Source: an uncultured Acidobacteriota bacterium (GTDB lineage Bacteria > Acidobacteriota > Thermoanaerobaculia > Gp7-AA8). From it: a stretch of 64,000 nt of DNA. The stretch is taken from contig CAVUKB010000007.1 of assembly GCA_963741955.1 (NCBI GenBank), positions 704,001-768,000 on the forward strand, given 5' to 3'. Position 1 is the first letter of the stretch, and each line of letters starts with the position of its first letter. Positions 48,075-57,738 of this stretch are shown piece by piece. The notes below the pieces were generated by a model. It saw only the letters and a program-made list of their open reading frames with translations, was not told where the DNA came from and did no database searches. Made by a program: the position numbers and the translations under genes.

Positions 48075-48896
48075 CTACTTCGGCGTCACCAGCGTCACGT
48101 GTTGCGTCTCGTTGTTCGTGATACTGACGAATGCCCAGATTCTTCGTCCGGGATCGAGCGGCTTCACCTCGATGGCGATGTGTTCGTAATTCAGAACCGC
48201 CGGGAAGGAATCCGAAATCGATGTCACCTGAGCGAACCCGGGGTGAACGGGGAACGGTGAGGCCTCTCCCGGGACATAGTGGAGATCGAGCGGAAATTCA
48301 AGGAACGGCGTGGCATCACCGGTGTCACCCTGTTCCTCGGGAACTCGAAAGATTCGAACGAGGACTCGCGATGACCCCGGATCCTCCAGGTCGTAGACTC
48401 GCAACGTGGCCCGGAAAGGATCACGAGTTGGAATTCCAAGGAGGTGAACCGGAGCGCTTTCAGGAATCCCGCTTCTCCGGACCACAGGAAGCTCCGTTCC
48501 GAAGTTGAGTTCCTGTCTTGAGAGATCGGTGATTCTCAGCTGAAGCTGGACCGAGTCCTCCTTCTCCTTCCAGACCGAGACGAAGACTCCCGGATTCGAA
48601 GCATCTCCGTAATACGTCAACCCCCACTGGTACAGCTCACCGGCCGGCAGAACCGGCGGCCCGGAGCACCCTTCAACTCCGCAGGTCCCGTTTCCTTGAA
48701 CGAACGGGACGTTCTCTTGGCCGGAGTTCCACACCCAGAGCGGCGTGGCCCAAACGGAGCCGTAGGCCCCGCTCACGGGGTAGCGCAACATAACCGGAAG
48801 CAAGAGCCGGTCATAATTGTTCGGATCCTCGCTCTGAGCGAGCCCCAATGCGCTCGCGAGTAGAATCAGAAGTGAGACGATTATCCGTCGTTTCAT
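48075..48896 (-). CDS. Secreted protease-partner protein ('TNNxTQHVT' family), copy A
   Basis: ATG 22 bp after the protease stop; signal peptide; YDRLLLPVMLRYPVSGAYGSVW, CGVEGC, DLSRQ...GTELPVVR, ends WAFVSITNNETQHVTLVTPK. Confidence 0.88.
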   Translation of the reverse strand: MKRRIIVSLLILLASALGLAQSEDPNNYDRLLLPVMLRYPVSGAYGSVWATPLWVWNSGQENVPFVQGNGTCGVEGCSGPPVLPAGELYQWGLTYYGDASNPGVFVSVWKEKEDSVQLQLRITDLSRQELNFGTELPVVRRSGIPESAPVHLLGIPTRDPFRATLRVYDLEDPGSSRVLVRIFRVPEEQGDTGDATPFLEFPLDLHYVPGEASPFPVHPGFAQVTSISDSFPAVLNYEHIAIEVKPLDPGRRIWAFVSITNNETQHVTLVTPK

Positions 48897-48918
48897 AGCA
48901 ATCTCCAAAGAGTTCCGT

Positions 48919-50355
48919 TCAGGGACAGGCCCCGGGAAGGTACAACCGCCGATTGGTCGTGTACGGGGGCGGTGAAAAGGGACTCTGGTTGGTTGTTGCA
49001 TTGTTTCGAATGTAGTCCCAAGTCTGGTCAGGGACCGTCCGCGCAAAATTGTTCGGATCCAGGTAATGGAACAAGCCGAGATACGCGGCTACCGCACTCG
49101 AAACGATGGGTGCGGAAAACGACGTACCGCTGGTGTAGCTCTGCCGTTCGACCGATGGGTCGCACCCTGCCTTCGGGCGCGATCCGTCAGCATTCGTCCA
49201 GACGCATTTCGGATCGAATCCCGCTGAGCGGATCGCCTCAGCTGGTGCGAAGAGATCGACGTACGGCCCCCAGTTCGAACCATGTTCTGGGCCGACGCCA
49301 GGGGTCACTTCCCACCGGAAGTCGGATGTTCCCGGAATGCCCAGACCACCGACGGTGATGACATTTCCCCCGCCGCTGCGGGCCAGTCGTGACGGTGAGT
49401 AGTTTTGTGCATAGTCATTCTGATTGTTCGCAGACACGATCACTGTAATGCCATTGTTCACGAGGGCATCGATTTTCTCTTCAACGAATGTGGGATCGGG
49501 ATCACCGTTGGACCAGAAGTAGAAGCTCATATTGGCAAGACTCGGCCGGTACGAAGAATCAGGATTGCATGCGGGCGGATTCAGCCCTCCACCACAGCTT
49601 GTAAGAATCCAGTCGAGTCCGGTCGCGACCTTGTCCGACTCTACCACCCCGTAACAATCAGCCACTCTGACGGAACGGATCGCCGCATCGGGAGCGACGC
49701 CAAAGGTATTACCAGCAATGAGTGAAGCGACGGCCGTGCCATGGCCTGCAGTGTACACGGTGTCCCCATAGAAGGCGCTCATGTGCGCACATGGCCAAAC
49801 GGCCTCGAGATTGCTACAGGCGCCCATGCAGTTGTCGAGTATATCGACTCCCCCGTCAACCTTTCCGGCGAGTTCGGAGTGAATTCCAAGGACTCCAGTA
49901 TCGACGACGTAAGCAAGGGCACCCGCGCCACGCCCGCAATAGAGGAATAGATTGTCAAGCGGCAGTGTCTGCTGATCGACCCGGTCGAGATGCCAGATCT
50001 TGCCGTCCGGACCCGACGCACCCACATTTCGGACACTCGAAGTCTCGCCGTCGACTCCTTCGGCGATTTCTTCGACGTATCGAACCGCTGCGTCTGAGCT
50101 TATTCGCTCAGCAGTCTTTTCGTCGCAAGTCAGCACGAAACCGGTCGGCTCGATTCGAAACACGTGCTCCACGATCCCATGGTACTTCTTCGCAAGGTCG
50201 CTGGCGAGGATTTCCGGCGACGACGTTCCGGCAGGAAACGCCACGATATAGCGGCCCGGCACGTTTTTCGGGTTCTTACGGATCTTCCCATCCCCGGCGA
50301 AAAGCGGCACCGCCAGAGCGACGCAGATGAACAACAAGAGCAGGCGCTTGGTCAT
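48919..50355 (-). CDS. Secreted S8A serine protease with I9 propeptide
   Basis: Signal peptide; VPGRYIVAF propeptide; triad motifs AYVVDTG, GHGTAVAS, SGTSFSAP; oxyanion VSANN; Cys-rich insertions. Confidence 0.93.
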   Translation of the reverse strand: MTKRLLLLFICVALAVPLFAGDGKIRKNPKNVPGRYIVAFPAGTSSPEILASDLAKKYHGIVEHVFRIEPTGFVLTCDEKTAERISSDAAVRYVEEIAEGVDGETSSVRNVGASGPDGKIWHLDRVDQQTLPLDNLFLYCGRGAGALAYVVDTGVLGIHSELAGKVDGGVDILDNCMGACSNLEAVWPCAHMSAFYGDTVYTAGHGTAVASLIAGNTFGVAPDAAIRSVRVADCYGVVESDKVATGLDWILTSCGGGLNPPACNPDSSYRPSLANMSFYFWSNGDPDPTFVEEKIDALVNNGITVIVSANNQNDYAQNYSPSRLARSGGGNVITVGGLGIPGTSDFRWEVTPGVGPEHGSNWGPYVDLFAPAEAIRSAGFDPKCVWTNADGSRPKAGCDPSVERQSYTSGTSFSAPIVSSAVAAYLGLFHYLDPNNFARTVPDQTWDYIRNNATTNQSPFSPPPYTTNRRLYLPGACP

Positions 50356-50791
50356 AGGACCTCCTTGCGCGGCAACCTAAGCCTTCGAGACAGCTCGAGC
50401 AACGGGCATTTTGAAACGCCCCGAGGGTATGAACCGCCGCAACGGTAAATCTGCATCTGAATTTGCGCCTTGAGCGTCGTGGAGTCTGCTGAAAGTGAGA
50501 TCTGCAGAAACGGTCGAGTGAGTTGACGGATGCGTAACCGAAGTGTGACGCGACGGTTCCGACGCCCAGTGACGTGCAGGCGAGCAGTTGCATGAGGAAA
50601 TCCGCTCGTGCGCTTGCAATCATCTGCCTGAGCTCCGGCAAGCCGCACTTCGCCGCTCGGCGCGCGAGACTGACGGGGTGAGTTCCGAGTTGCTGAGCGA
50701 GCTCCGACACCCGAGGTGGAGTGGCCGCTTCGAGGCAGCCAAGAACATATCGATCGATTTCACGACGGAGAGTCGAGCAGGGAATGCGCAT
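50276..50791 (-). CDS. Stand-alone AraC-type HTH regulator (3' end possibly extended or degenerate)
   Basis: RVSELAQQLGTHPVSLAR...LLACTSLGVGTVASHFGYASVNSLDRFCRSHFQQTP; AGGAGG RBS; ORF tail overlaps the protease start. Confidence 0.7.
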   Translation of the reverse strand: MRIPCSTLRREIDRYVLGCLEAATPPRVSELAQQLGTHPVSLARRAAKCGLPELRQMIASARADFLMQLLACTSLGVGTVASHFGYASVNSLDRFCRSHFQQTPRRSRRKFRCRFTVAAVHTLGAFQNARCSSCLEGLGCRARRSYDQAPALVVHLRRSGGAAFRRGWEDP

Positions 50792-50882
50792 GAGTCCTCC
50801 TGTTCAGGAGTTCCTCCAGACGGCCGGATCGGTACCCGCGATTCAAGCTCGTCACTCGAGGCTGTGACGGTCGTGCTTTGGA

Positions 50883-52277
50883 TCACGTCCGCGGTTTGCT
50901 CTTGGGGTCCGGCTCCACTTCGCGCAGCGACTCCGCGATGTCATGGGGGACGTTTCGATGGACGTCTTCGATGCGGCGAAGGGTGATTCCCCCCTCGAAC
51001 TGCCACTCGTGCTTCGGGCGGTAGACGCCGATGTCGTGGATGCGCGCGCCGACGACGAACTGGAGCACGCCGCGGCGGTAGTCGAACGCGCGGCCGCTCT
51101 TCGTGTGGATCGCCGCGTCGATGCGGTACGAGCCGGCGACGAGATCGAGCGACGGGATGACGAAGCGCACTTGGCCGTCGCCGTCGATGCGCTCGGGGGT
51201 CAGACCTTCCAGTTCGGTGTTCGTCCCGTAGACGCAGGTTCCGTCGGCGTGGTAGATCCCGACGCCGAACACGAAGTCCTCCTGCGGCTCGCGGACTCGA
51301 ACGTCCATTTCGAGGGTGACCGGCGAGCCGGGACCGAGCGCGACGAGCTGCTGGCCGTCCGGACCGGTGAGTGTGACGTTCTGCAGGAGCACTTCACCCG
51401 AGCCCCAGCGCTCTTCTTCCGCTTCCTCTCCCGTCTTCGCCTTCTCTGCGGGCTGCGGCTCCGGCGCTTCCTTCTCCTCGGGGGTGACGCCGGTGCGCAT
51501 GCTGATGCCGCTCTTTCCCCTCTTGTGGCCCTCCGTGACCTGCTGGAGGTACTGATCGACCACCCGCACCGGATCGCCCAGTCCGGCCACTTCGCCGCGC
51601 TCGAGCCACACCGCGCGGTCGCAGATCGTCCGCACGAGATCGAGCTGGTGTGTCACGAACAGCATCGTCACGCCGCGGTACTTCATCTCCTGGATCTTCG
51701 CGATGCACTGCTGCGAGAACTCCTCGTCTCCGACCGAGAGGACCTCGTCGATCAGGAGAATGTCCGGATCGACGTGCACTGCCACGGCGAAGCCGAGCCG
51801 CACGTACATTCCCGACGAATACGTTTTCACCGGCTGCTCGAGGAAGTCGCCGATCCCGGAGAACTCCACGATCCGGTCGTAGCGTTTCGCGATCTCCTTC
51901 TTCGAGAGCCCGAGCATCATCGCGTTGATGAAGATGTTCTCCCGACCGCTGATCTCCGGATGGAATCCCGCACCGAGCTCGATCAGAGCCGAGATCCGCC
52001 CATCGACGACGACCTCGCCGCGAGTCGGCTTGAGGATCCCCGAGACGAGCTTGAGGAGCGTCGATTTTCCCGACCCGTTGCGCCCAACGACGCCGAATGC
52101 CTCGCCGCGATTGACCGCGAAGCTCACGTTCCGCAACGCGACGACCGACTTCTCCGGCGGCGGGATCAGCTCGCGCTTGAGGAGCGCGCTCTTGAGCGTC
52201 TGGAGCTGCGACTTCACGCCGTAGAGGCGGTAGCTCTTCGACAGATCTCGGGCGACGATCGGGTATTCGCTGCTCAA
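50883..52277 (-). CDS. wzt: Polysaccharide ABC exporter ATP-binding subunit with Wzt C-terminal domain
   Basis: GRNGSGKSTLL, YSSGMYVRLGF, IDEVLSVGD, C-terminal carbohydrate-binding domain; TTG start overlaps the wzm stop. Confidence 0.92.
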   Translation of the reverse strand: MSSEYPIVARDLSKSYRLYGVKSQLQTLKSALLKRELIPPPEKSVVALRNVSFAVNRGEAFGVVGRNGSGKSTLLKLVSGILKPTRGEVVVDGRISALIELGAGFHPEISGRENIFINAMMLGLSKKEIAKRYDRIVEFSGIGDFLEQPVKTYSSGMYVRLGFAVAVHVDPDILLIDEVLSVGDEEFSQQCIAKIQEMKYRGVTMLFVTHQLDLVRTICDRAVWLERGEVAGLGDPVRVVDQYLQQVTEGHKRGKSGISMRTGVTPEEKEAPEPQPAEKAKTGEEAEEERWGSGEVLLQNVTLTGPDGQQLVALGPGSPVTLEMDVRVREPQEDFVFGVGIYHADGTCVYGTNTELEGLTPERIDGDGQVRFVIPSLDLVAGSYRIDAAIHTKSGRAFDYRRGVLQFVVGARIHDIGVYRPKHEWQFEGGITLRRIEDVHRNVPHDIAESLREVEPDPKSKPRT

Positions 52278-53131
52278 ATCGCCTCCGCCAGCGTATCGCG
52301 CAGCCGGTCGAACACGACGAAGCCGAGGGCGAGGAACGCGAACGCCCAGATCACCATCAGGCTCATGTCGAGCCCGTTCGGCCATCGCGCGAAGAAAAAG
52401 ACGTCCTGGTAGCCGATGGCGAACGAGGTCATCGGATTGACGCGCAGGAGCGAGCGGAGGGTGGGAGAACCGATGTCGCCGAGGTAGTAGATGATCGGCG
52501 TGAGAAAGAAGGCGAGCTGCATCAGGTTCGCGACCAGATCGCGCAGATCGCGGAAGAGCACCGACGCCGACGCGACGACGAGCGAGATCCCGGCGACCAG
52601 CATCGTCTGGAGGAGCATCAGCACCGGCACCAGAAGCAGTGGCCAGCCGAACGTGATTTTCCCGAGGAACCCCGCGACTCCGAGCGCCACGAAGAGAATC
52701 GGAAGCGCCAGGAGAAAGTGAACCAGGTGCGACAGCACCACCACCAGCGGCAGCGCCTCGGCGGGAAACATCACCTTCTTGATCAGCCCCGCGTTTCCGG
52801 CGACCGCAGTCGTCGACTCGAGGATTGCTCCGGCGAAGAACGTCCAGGGAAGGATCCCGGTGAAGAGAAAGACCGAATACGGATCGACCCCGCCCGGCCT
52901 GGTGAAGAAATGTCCGAAGATCAGCGTGTAGACGCCGAGAAGGAGGAGCGGATTGGCGAGGGACCAGAAAAAGCCGAGGACCGAACCGCGGTAGCGGGCC
53001 TTCAGATCGCGCGAGGTGAGGGCGGCGATGAGCTGCCGGTGACGCCAGATGGTCTCCAGCTCTTCGACCAGGACGTTCGAGCGGGGAGAAGCGAGTGCCG
53101 GACCGGGAGCCGCCACTGGACGGTTCCTCAC
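52274..53131 (-). CDS. wzm: Polysaccharide ABC exporter permease
   Basis: RDLKARYRGSVLGFFWS, LPWTFF, FRDL, FFLTPIIY, NPM. Confidence 0.92.
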   Translation of the reverse strand: MRNRPVAAPGPALASPRSNVLVEELETIWRHRQLIAALTSRDLKARYRGSVLGFFWSLANPLLLLGVYTLIFGHFFTRPGGVDPYSVFLFTGILPWTFFAGAILESTTAVAGNAGLIKKVMFPAEALPLVVVLSHLVHFLLALPILFVALGVAGFLGKITFGWPLLLVPVLMLLQTMLVAGISLVVASASVLFRDLRDLVANLMQLAFFLTPIIYYLGDIGSPTLRSLLRVNPMTSFAIGYQDVFFFARWPNGLDMSLMVIWAFAFLALGFVVFDRLRDTLAEAI

Positions 53132-53736
53132 TCCGCTTCCGTGACGATCAGCATCAGGGTGGTGCTGCCGATCCGGAATTCGGCGTGGCTCTGCAGCTCG
53201 ACCGCTTTCTCGAGCTTCTCACCGTCGAAGTAGGTGCCGTTGGTCGAGTCGAGATCGCGGAGGACGACGATCCCTTCGTGGACTTCGATCGCGGCGTGGA
53301 TCCGCGATGTCTCCGGATCATTGACCTCGAGGTCTGCGCCGGCGCGGCCGATCACGATGCGGGGTTTCTCGATCCGGTAGACTTTCCCCGAATCTTCGCC
53401 GTCGAGAATGGCGACCGACAGGCGGTGCGTCTCGGGGAGCTTCAGTGCACCTAGCGTGGGTGCAGGAGCGGAGGCGGTCTCTTCCTGCTCCGGCTCGTCC
53501 TCCAGCACGGGACGACGGCGGGAAGTCACCGTACTGTCGAGAGGATCAGCCGCAGGAGTGCTCGTAGCGGCCGCGGAGACGGGGGCCGCCGGGGTCCCCG
53601 CCGGCTGCATCGCCGGATTGAACACCGCGAAGACTTCCTTGCAGCGGGCGCAGCGGATTTTCTTCGAAGCTTTTCCTTCGAAGCGCGCTTCGTCGTACTG
53701 GTACTTCGCGCGGCAGTTGGAGCACTCGATGATCAA
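53128..53736 (-). CDS. Zinc-ribbon (MJ0042-like) + FHA domain protein
   Basis: CSNC...CARC; FHA motifs IGR, SRIHA, DLDSTNGT. Confidence 0.9.
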   Translation of the reverse strand: MIIECSNCRAKYQYDEARFEGKASKKIRCARCKEVFAVFNPAMQPAGTPAAPVSAAATSTPAADPLDSTVTSRRRPVLEDEPEQEETASAPAPTLGALKLPETHRLSVAILDGEDSGKVYRIEKPRIVIGRAGADLEVNDPETSRIHAAIEVHEGIVVLRDLDSTNGTYFDGEKLEKAVELQSHAEFRIGSTTLMLIVTEAE

Positions 53737-53874
53737 AGGGCGATCCTCAGTGGTGGGTCCCGAGCGTCTGGAGAGTCTGTACTGTCTGAGGACGATAACA
53801 GACCGGAAAAATGAGTGTCAATGAAAGGGAATTCGAGCGGCCCGGGACCGGATTGGGAGTGGCGAAGAATATGA

Positions 53875-54840
53875 ATGCAGGGGAGAAGACGAATTCAGAA
53901 TGAGGAGAGGGGATCGGGGAGGCCGGAAGAGTCGGCGTTGTTCCGTGCTTCAGGCCGAATTCCGGATCCGGATTCCGAGCTCGAACCCCCGCGACAGGAG
54001 CCGAAGACGAACAGCGTAAACCAGCTTCCATCCCTCCAGAGACTGGAGAGCCGCCTTCGACGGCATGACGGAGGGCTCCTCGTCGCGTTCTCCGGCGGGG
54101 TCGACTCGGCGGTCCTTCTCGCCGTCGCCGCCCGGGTGCTGGGTGGGCGAGCGGTGGCGGTCACGGCCGACTCGCCATCGATGCCGCGCGAAGAGCTCCA
54201 CGCGGCGATACGCCTCGCCACCGGAATCGGTGCGAGGCACCGGATCGTCGGCACCGGAGAGATCGAGCGGGACGAATACGTCCGGAACGACCGCCTTCGC
54301 TGCTACTGGTGCAAGCACACTCTTTTCGAGCGTTGCGAAGAGATCGCGCGGGAAGAAGGAATCCGCGACATCGCGTACGGATACACGCTCGACGACGTCG
54401 GCGACTTCCGTCCCGGGCAGCGCGCCGCGAGCGAGCTCGGCGTGCACGCGCCCCTCCACGACGCGGGACTGGGAAAACGCGAGATCCGCGAAATTGCCCG
54501 GGAGCTCGGGCTCGAGGTGTGGGACAAGCCGGCCGCGCCATGCCTCTCGTCCAGGATCCCATACGGATCGGCAGTGACGGTGGAAAAGCTCGGGAAGATC
54601 GAGTCGACCGAGGCGCTTCTGCACCAGCTCGGGTTTCGGGTCTGCCGTGCACGCTATGATGGCGCGACGATGCGCATCGAGGTGGAACGAGACGAGATCG
54701 AACGGCTGGGGAGGCCGGAATTCCTCGAGCGCGTGCGGATGCACACGGAGGAAATCGGCGTCTCACGGATCGAGATCGATCCCGACGGGTTCCGCTCCGG
54801 AAAGCTGAACGTGACGCTTCCCGACGAGGTGCAGACGTGA
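53875..54840 (+). CDS. larE: ATP-dependent sulfur transferase LarE (start uncertain)
   Basis: PP-loop AFSGGVDS, RCYWCK, DFRPG, PCLSSRIPYG, GFRSGKLN. Confidence 0.92.
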   Translation: MQGRRRIQNEERGSGRPEESALFRASGRIPDPDSELEPPRQEPKTNSVNQLPSLQRLESRLRRHDGGLLVAFSGGVDSAVLLAVAARVLGGRAVAVTADSPSMPREELHAAIRLATGIGARHRIVGTGEIERDEYVRNDRLRCYWCKHTLFERCEEIAREEGIRDIAYGYTLDDVGDFRPGQRAASELGVHAPLHDAGLGKREIREIARELGLEVWDKPAAPCLSSRIPYGSAVTVEKLGKIESTEALLHQLGFRVCRARYDGATMRIEVERDEIERLGRPEFLERVRMHTEEIGVSRIEIDPDGFRSGKLNVTLPDEVQT

Positions 54841-55649
54841 CCCTCCGCGAGTTGCTTGAAGGAGTCGCCGCCGGTTCGATCGCACCGGACGAGGCGGAGT
54901 CGTTCCTCGACGGGTACGGCTTCGTGGAGATCGGCTGGCAGAAACTCGACCTTCACCGCACCCGCCGGAGCTCGATCCCGGAGGTGGTCCTCGGGATCTC
55001 CAAGAGCCTCGAACAGTTGCGTGAGATCGTCTCCTGGTTCGACGGTCGCGACCTTCCCCTCCTCATCACCCGCGTCGATGCGGGGAAGGCGCTCCCTCTC
55101 TGCGATGAGTTTTCCGGGATCGCGTTCGATCCTCTCTCCGGCCTCGTCCGCCGTGGGAGGGCGGCTTCTGCGACGCCGGGCCGCGTCGCAGTCGTCTCTG
55201 CCGGATCTTCCGATGCTCCGGTGGCGGAGGAAGCGGCCGGGACGCTGGAGTTCTTCGGCGTCGACGTGGCACGCCACTTCGACTGCGGCGTGGCGGGTCT
55301 CCACCGGCTCTTCGCCGGTGGGAGAGTGATCGCGGGGAGTGACGTCCTGATCGTCGTCGCCGGGATGGAGGGGGCGCTTCCGTCGGTCGTGGCGGGGATG
55401 TTTCGCCAGCCGGTGATCGCGGTCCCGACCAGCGTCGGGTACGGAGCGAGTTTTCAGGGACTCGCCGCGCTTCTGACCATGCTCAACTCATGTGCACCCG
55501 GAATCACCGTGGTCAACATCGACAACGGATTCGGAGCGGCGGCGGCTGCGCGATCGATGCTCGAGATGGCACGACGCCGCAGCGGCGAGGCCCCGCTCCA
55601 CGAGAACGTCTCCTCTTCCCCTTCCCGTGACGACAAGGAGGTACCGTGA
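54837..55649 (+). CDS. larB: Nickel-pincer cofactor biosynthesis carboxylase/hydrolase LarB
   Basis: PEVV, AGSSDAPVAEEA, DCGVAGLHR, AGMEGALPS, PTSVGYG, NSCAPG...NIDNGFGAA. Confidence 0.95.
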   Translation: MTLRELLEGVAAGSIAPDEAESFLDGYGFVEIGWQKLDLHRTRRSSIPEVVLGISKSLEQLREIVSWFDGRDLPLLITRVDAGKALPLCDEFSGIAFDPLSGLVRRGRAASATPGRVAVVSAGSSDAPVAEEAAGTLEFFGVDVARHFDCGVAGLHRLFAGGRVIAGSDVLIVVAGMEGALPSVVAGMFRQPVIAVPTSVGYGASFQGLAALLTMLNSCAPGITVVNIDNGFGAAAAARSMLEMARRRSGEAPLHENVSSSPSRDDKEVP

Positions 55650-57355
55650 AGAAGTCTGCTGTGGTTCTCGCAACGATGATTCTCATCCTGGCCGTGGCCG
55701 GATGCGCCACGTACACTCCGCCGTACGTCGAGCTCCCGGGCAATGCGAACGCGCAGCTCCCGACCGTCGCGCAGGACGTGCCGCAGCGTGTGGCGCAGAT
55801 GCCGCGCACGGTGATCGACTACGACCATTCACTCCTCGACGCGAACGAGCAGGCGGTGGTCGGAAAGCTGATCGACGCCGCGAAAGTGATCGACGAGATC
55901 TACTGGCTGCAGGTCTCGGAGAAGAACCGCCAGTGGTACGAGGACCTCGCATCCGCGGCGAAGGTCTCGCCGCTGCACGCCGCCGCGCTCGACTACTTCG
56001 GCATCATGAAGGGACCGTGGGACAGGCTGAAAGCGGACGAGCCGTTCCTCCTCGAGGCCGGACCGAAGCCGCCCGGAGCGGCGTTCTATCCGCCCGACAT
56101 GACGAAGGAAGAATTCGAGAACTGGATCAAGGCCCATCCTTCCGACGAAGCAGCATTCCGCGGGCTCTTCACCGTCATCCGGCGGAAGGGAGATGGTCTG
56201 GTCGCGATTCCCTACTCCGTCTACTACCACGATCTTCTGACCGACGCCGCGAACAAGCTGCGCGAAGCGGCATCGATGACCCGGAACGCCACTCTCGCAG
56301 ACTTCCTGAACAAGCGCGCCGACGCGTTCCTCACCGACGACTACTTCGCGAGCGACGTCGCGTGGATGGACCTCGACTCGCCCATCGAAGTGGTGATCGG
56401 ACCCTACGAGGTGTACGAAGACGGCATCTTCAACTACAAGGCGTCGTTCGAGTCGTTCATCACCGCGGTCGATCCGCAGGAGAGCGCAAAGCTCACGGTG
56501 TACGCGAAGCACCTTCCCGGAATGGAGATGAACCTCCCCGAGCCGGAGCAGTACAAGAACCCCAACCGCGGGACCGATTCACCGATCCGCGTGGTCCAGG
56601 AGATCTACACTGCCGGTGACGCCCGCTCCGGCGTGATGACTTCCGCATTCAACCTTCCCAACGACGAGAAGGTGCGCGAGGCGAAGGGATCGAAGAAGGT
56701 CCTCCTCAAGAATGTGATGGAGGCGAAGTACGAGAAGAGCGGAAAGCCGATCGCGCTCCTCGTCCTCGATCCTTCGCAGACCGACCTCATCTCGTTCGAC
56801 GCGTACTTCAACCACACTCTCTTCCACGAGCTCTCGCATGGACTCGGGCCGGGAATCATCACCGGACCGGATGGGAAGAAGGTGGAAGCGCGTCTCCTCC
56901 TCAAGGAGCTCTACTCCACCATCGAAGAGTGCAAGGCCGACGTCCTCGGCGTGTGGAACATCCTCTACGCCATGGACCAGGGGCTGATCACCAGCTTCAC
57001 TCCGGACCAGCTCTACGCGACGAACGCAGGACTGATGTTCCGCAGCCTCCGCTTCGGTCTCGCCGAGGCGCACGGCCGCGGGACCGCGGTGCAGTGGAAC
57101 TGGTATCGCGAGAAGGGGGCGATCGAGCCTGCCGGAAACGGCCGCTTCCGCGTCGATACATCGAAGATGAAGGAGGCGGTGCAGTCGCTCGCGACGGAGC
57201 TCCTCACCATCGAAGCGACCGGCGACTACGCGCGGGCGAAGAGCCTCCTCGACAAGTACGGCGTCTCGACGCCGGAGATGGAAGCGACCATCGCGAGGCT
57301 GAAGGGCATTCCGGTCGACATCGCTCCGGTGTTCCCGGCGGCGGGAGAAAAGTAG
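55646..57355 (+). CDS. Dipeptidyl-peptidase III (M49) family lipoprotein
   Basis: Lipobox VAGC; IGPYEVYED, AFNLPNDE, HELSH and EECKAD zinc ligands, EAHG. Confidence 0.88.
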   Translation: MKKSAVVLATMILILAVAGCATYTPPYVELPGNANAQLPTVAQDVPQRVAQMPRTVIDYDHSLLDANEQAVVGKLIDAAKVIDEIYWLQVSEKNRQWYEDLASAAKVSPLHAAALDYFGIMKGPWDRLKADEPFLLEAGPKPPGAAFYPPDMTKEEFENWIKAHPSDEAAFRGLFTVIRRKGDGLVAIPYSVYYHDLLTDAANKLREAASMTRNATLADFLNKRADAFLTDDYFASDVAWMDLDSPIEVVIGPYEVYEDGIFNYKASFESFITAVDPQESAKLTVYAKHLPGMEMNLPEPEQYKNPNRGTDSPIRVVQEIYTAGDARSGVMTSAFNLPNDEKVREAKGSKKVLLKNVMEAKYEKSGKPIALLVLDPSQTDLISFDAYFNHTLFHELSHGLGPGIITGPDGKKVEARLLLKELYSTIEECKADVLGVWNILYAMDQGLITSFTPDQLYATNAGLMFRSLRFGLAEAHGRGTAVQWNWYREKGAIEPAGNGRFRVDTSKMKEAVQSLATELLTIEATGDYARAKSLLDKYGVSTPEMEATIARLKGIPVDIAPVFPAAGEK

Positions 57356-57360
57356 GGAGG

Positions 57361-57437
57361 TATCGAGGCATCGAGGATCGAGGATCGAGGATCTGAGATC
57401 TGAGATCTGAGATGGAGCGTCGAGGAATCTCGAGGGG
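57361..57437. repeat. Heptamer tandem repeat tract
   Basis: (ATCGAGG)x4 then (ATCTGAG)x3; reverse complement of the 3573-3643 tract type. Confidence 0.8.
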
Positions 57438-57738
57438 CGGCGCGGCTTCTGCCGCGCCGGGCGCAGGCGCAGAGCCTGCGCCTTTCTTTTTCTCGCGACC
57501 GATCGGGCGCGGGGGAGGAGAAACGCGGCGGACGGGACAACGTGCAGAGGTTCATGCTCCGCGATTCAGGAAAATTCGAGGGGTGGGGGTAGGGAAACGC
57601 CTCGCTCCGTCACTCCTCAGATGAGTGGCTCCTCGGAATGCGACACTTCGGGTACGACCAGTCGGCGTGATCGGTTGCTCCCCATACTGTTCTTCCTCCA
57701 AGCAGGCCGGGGACGCCACTCGTTTTCGTCTCGCCGGA

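Noticed and set aside
46977-48183. Diversity-generating retroelement TR/VR pair
   Set aside because: The repeat copies are identical rather than differing at adenines, and no reverse transcriptase is in the window.
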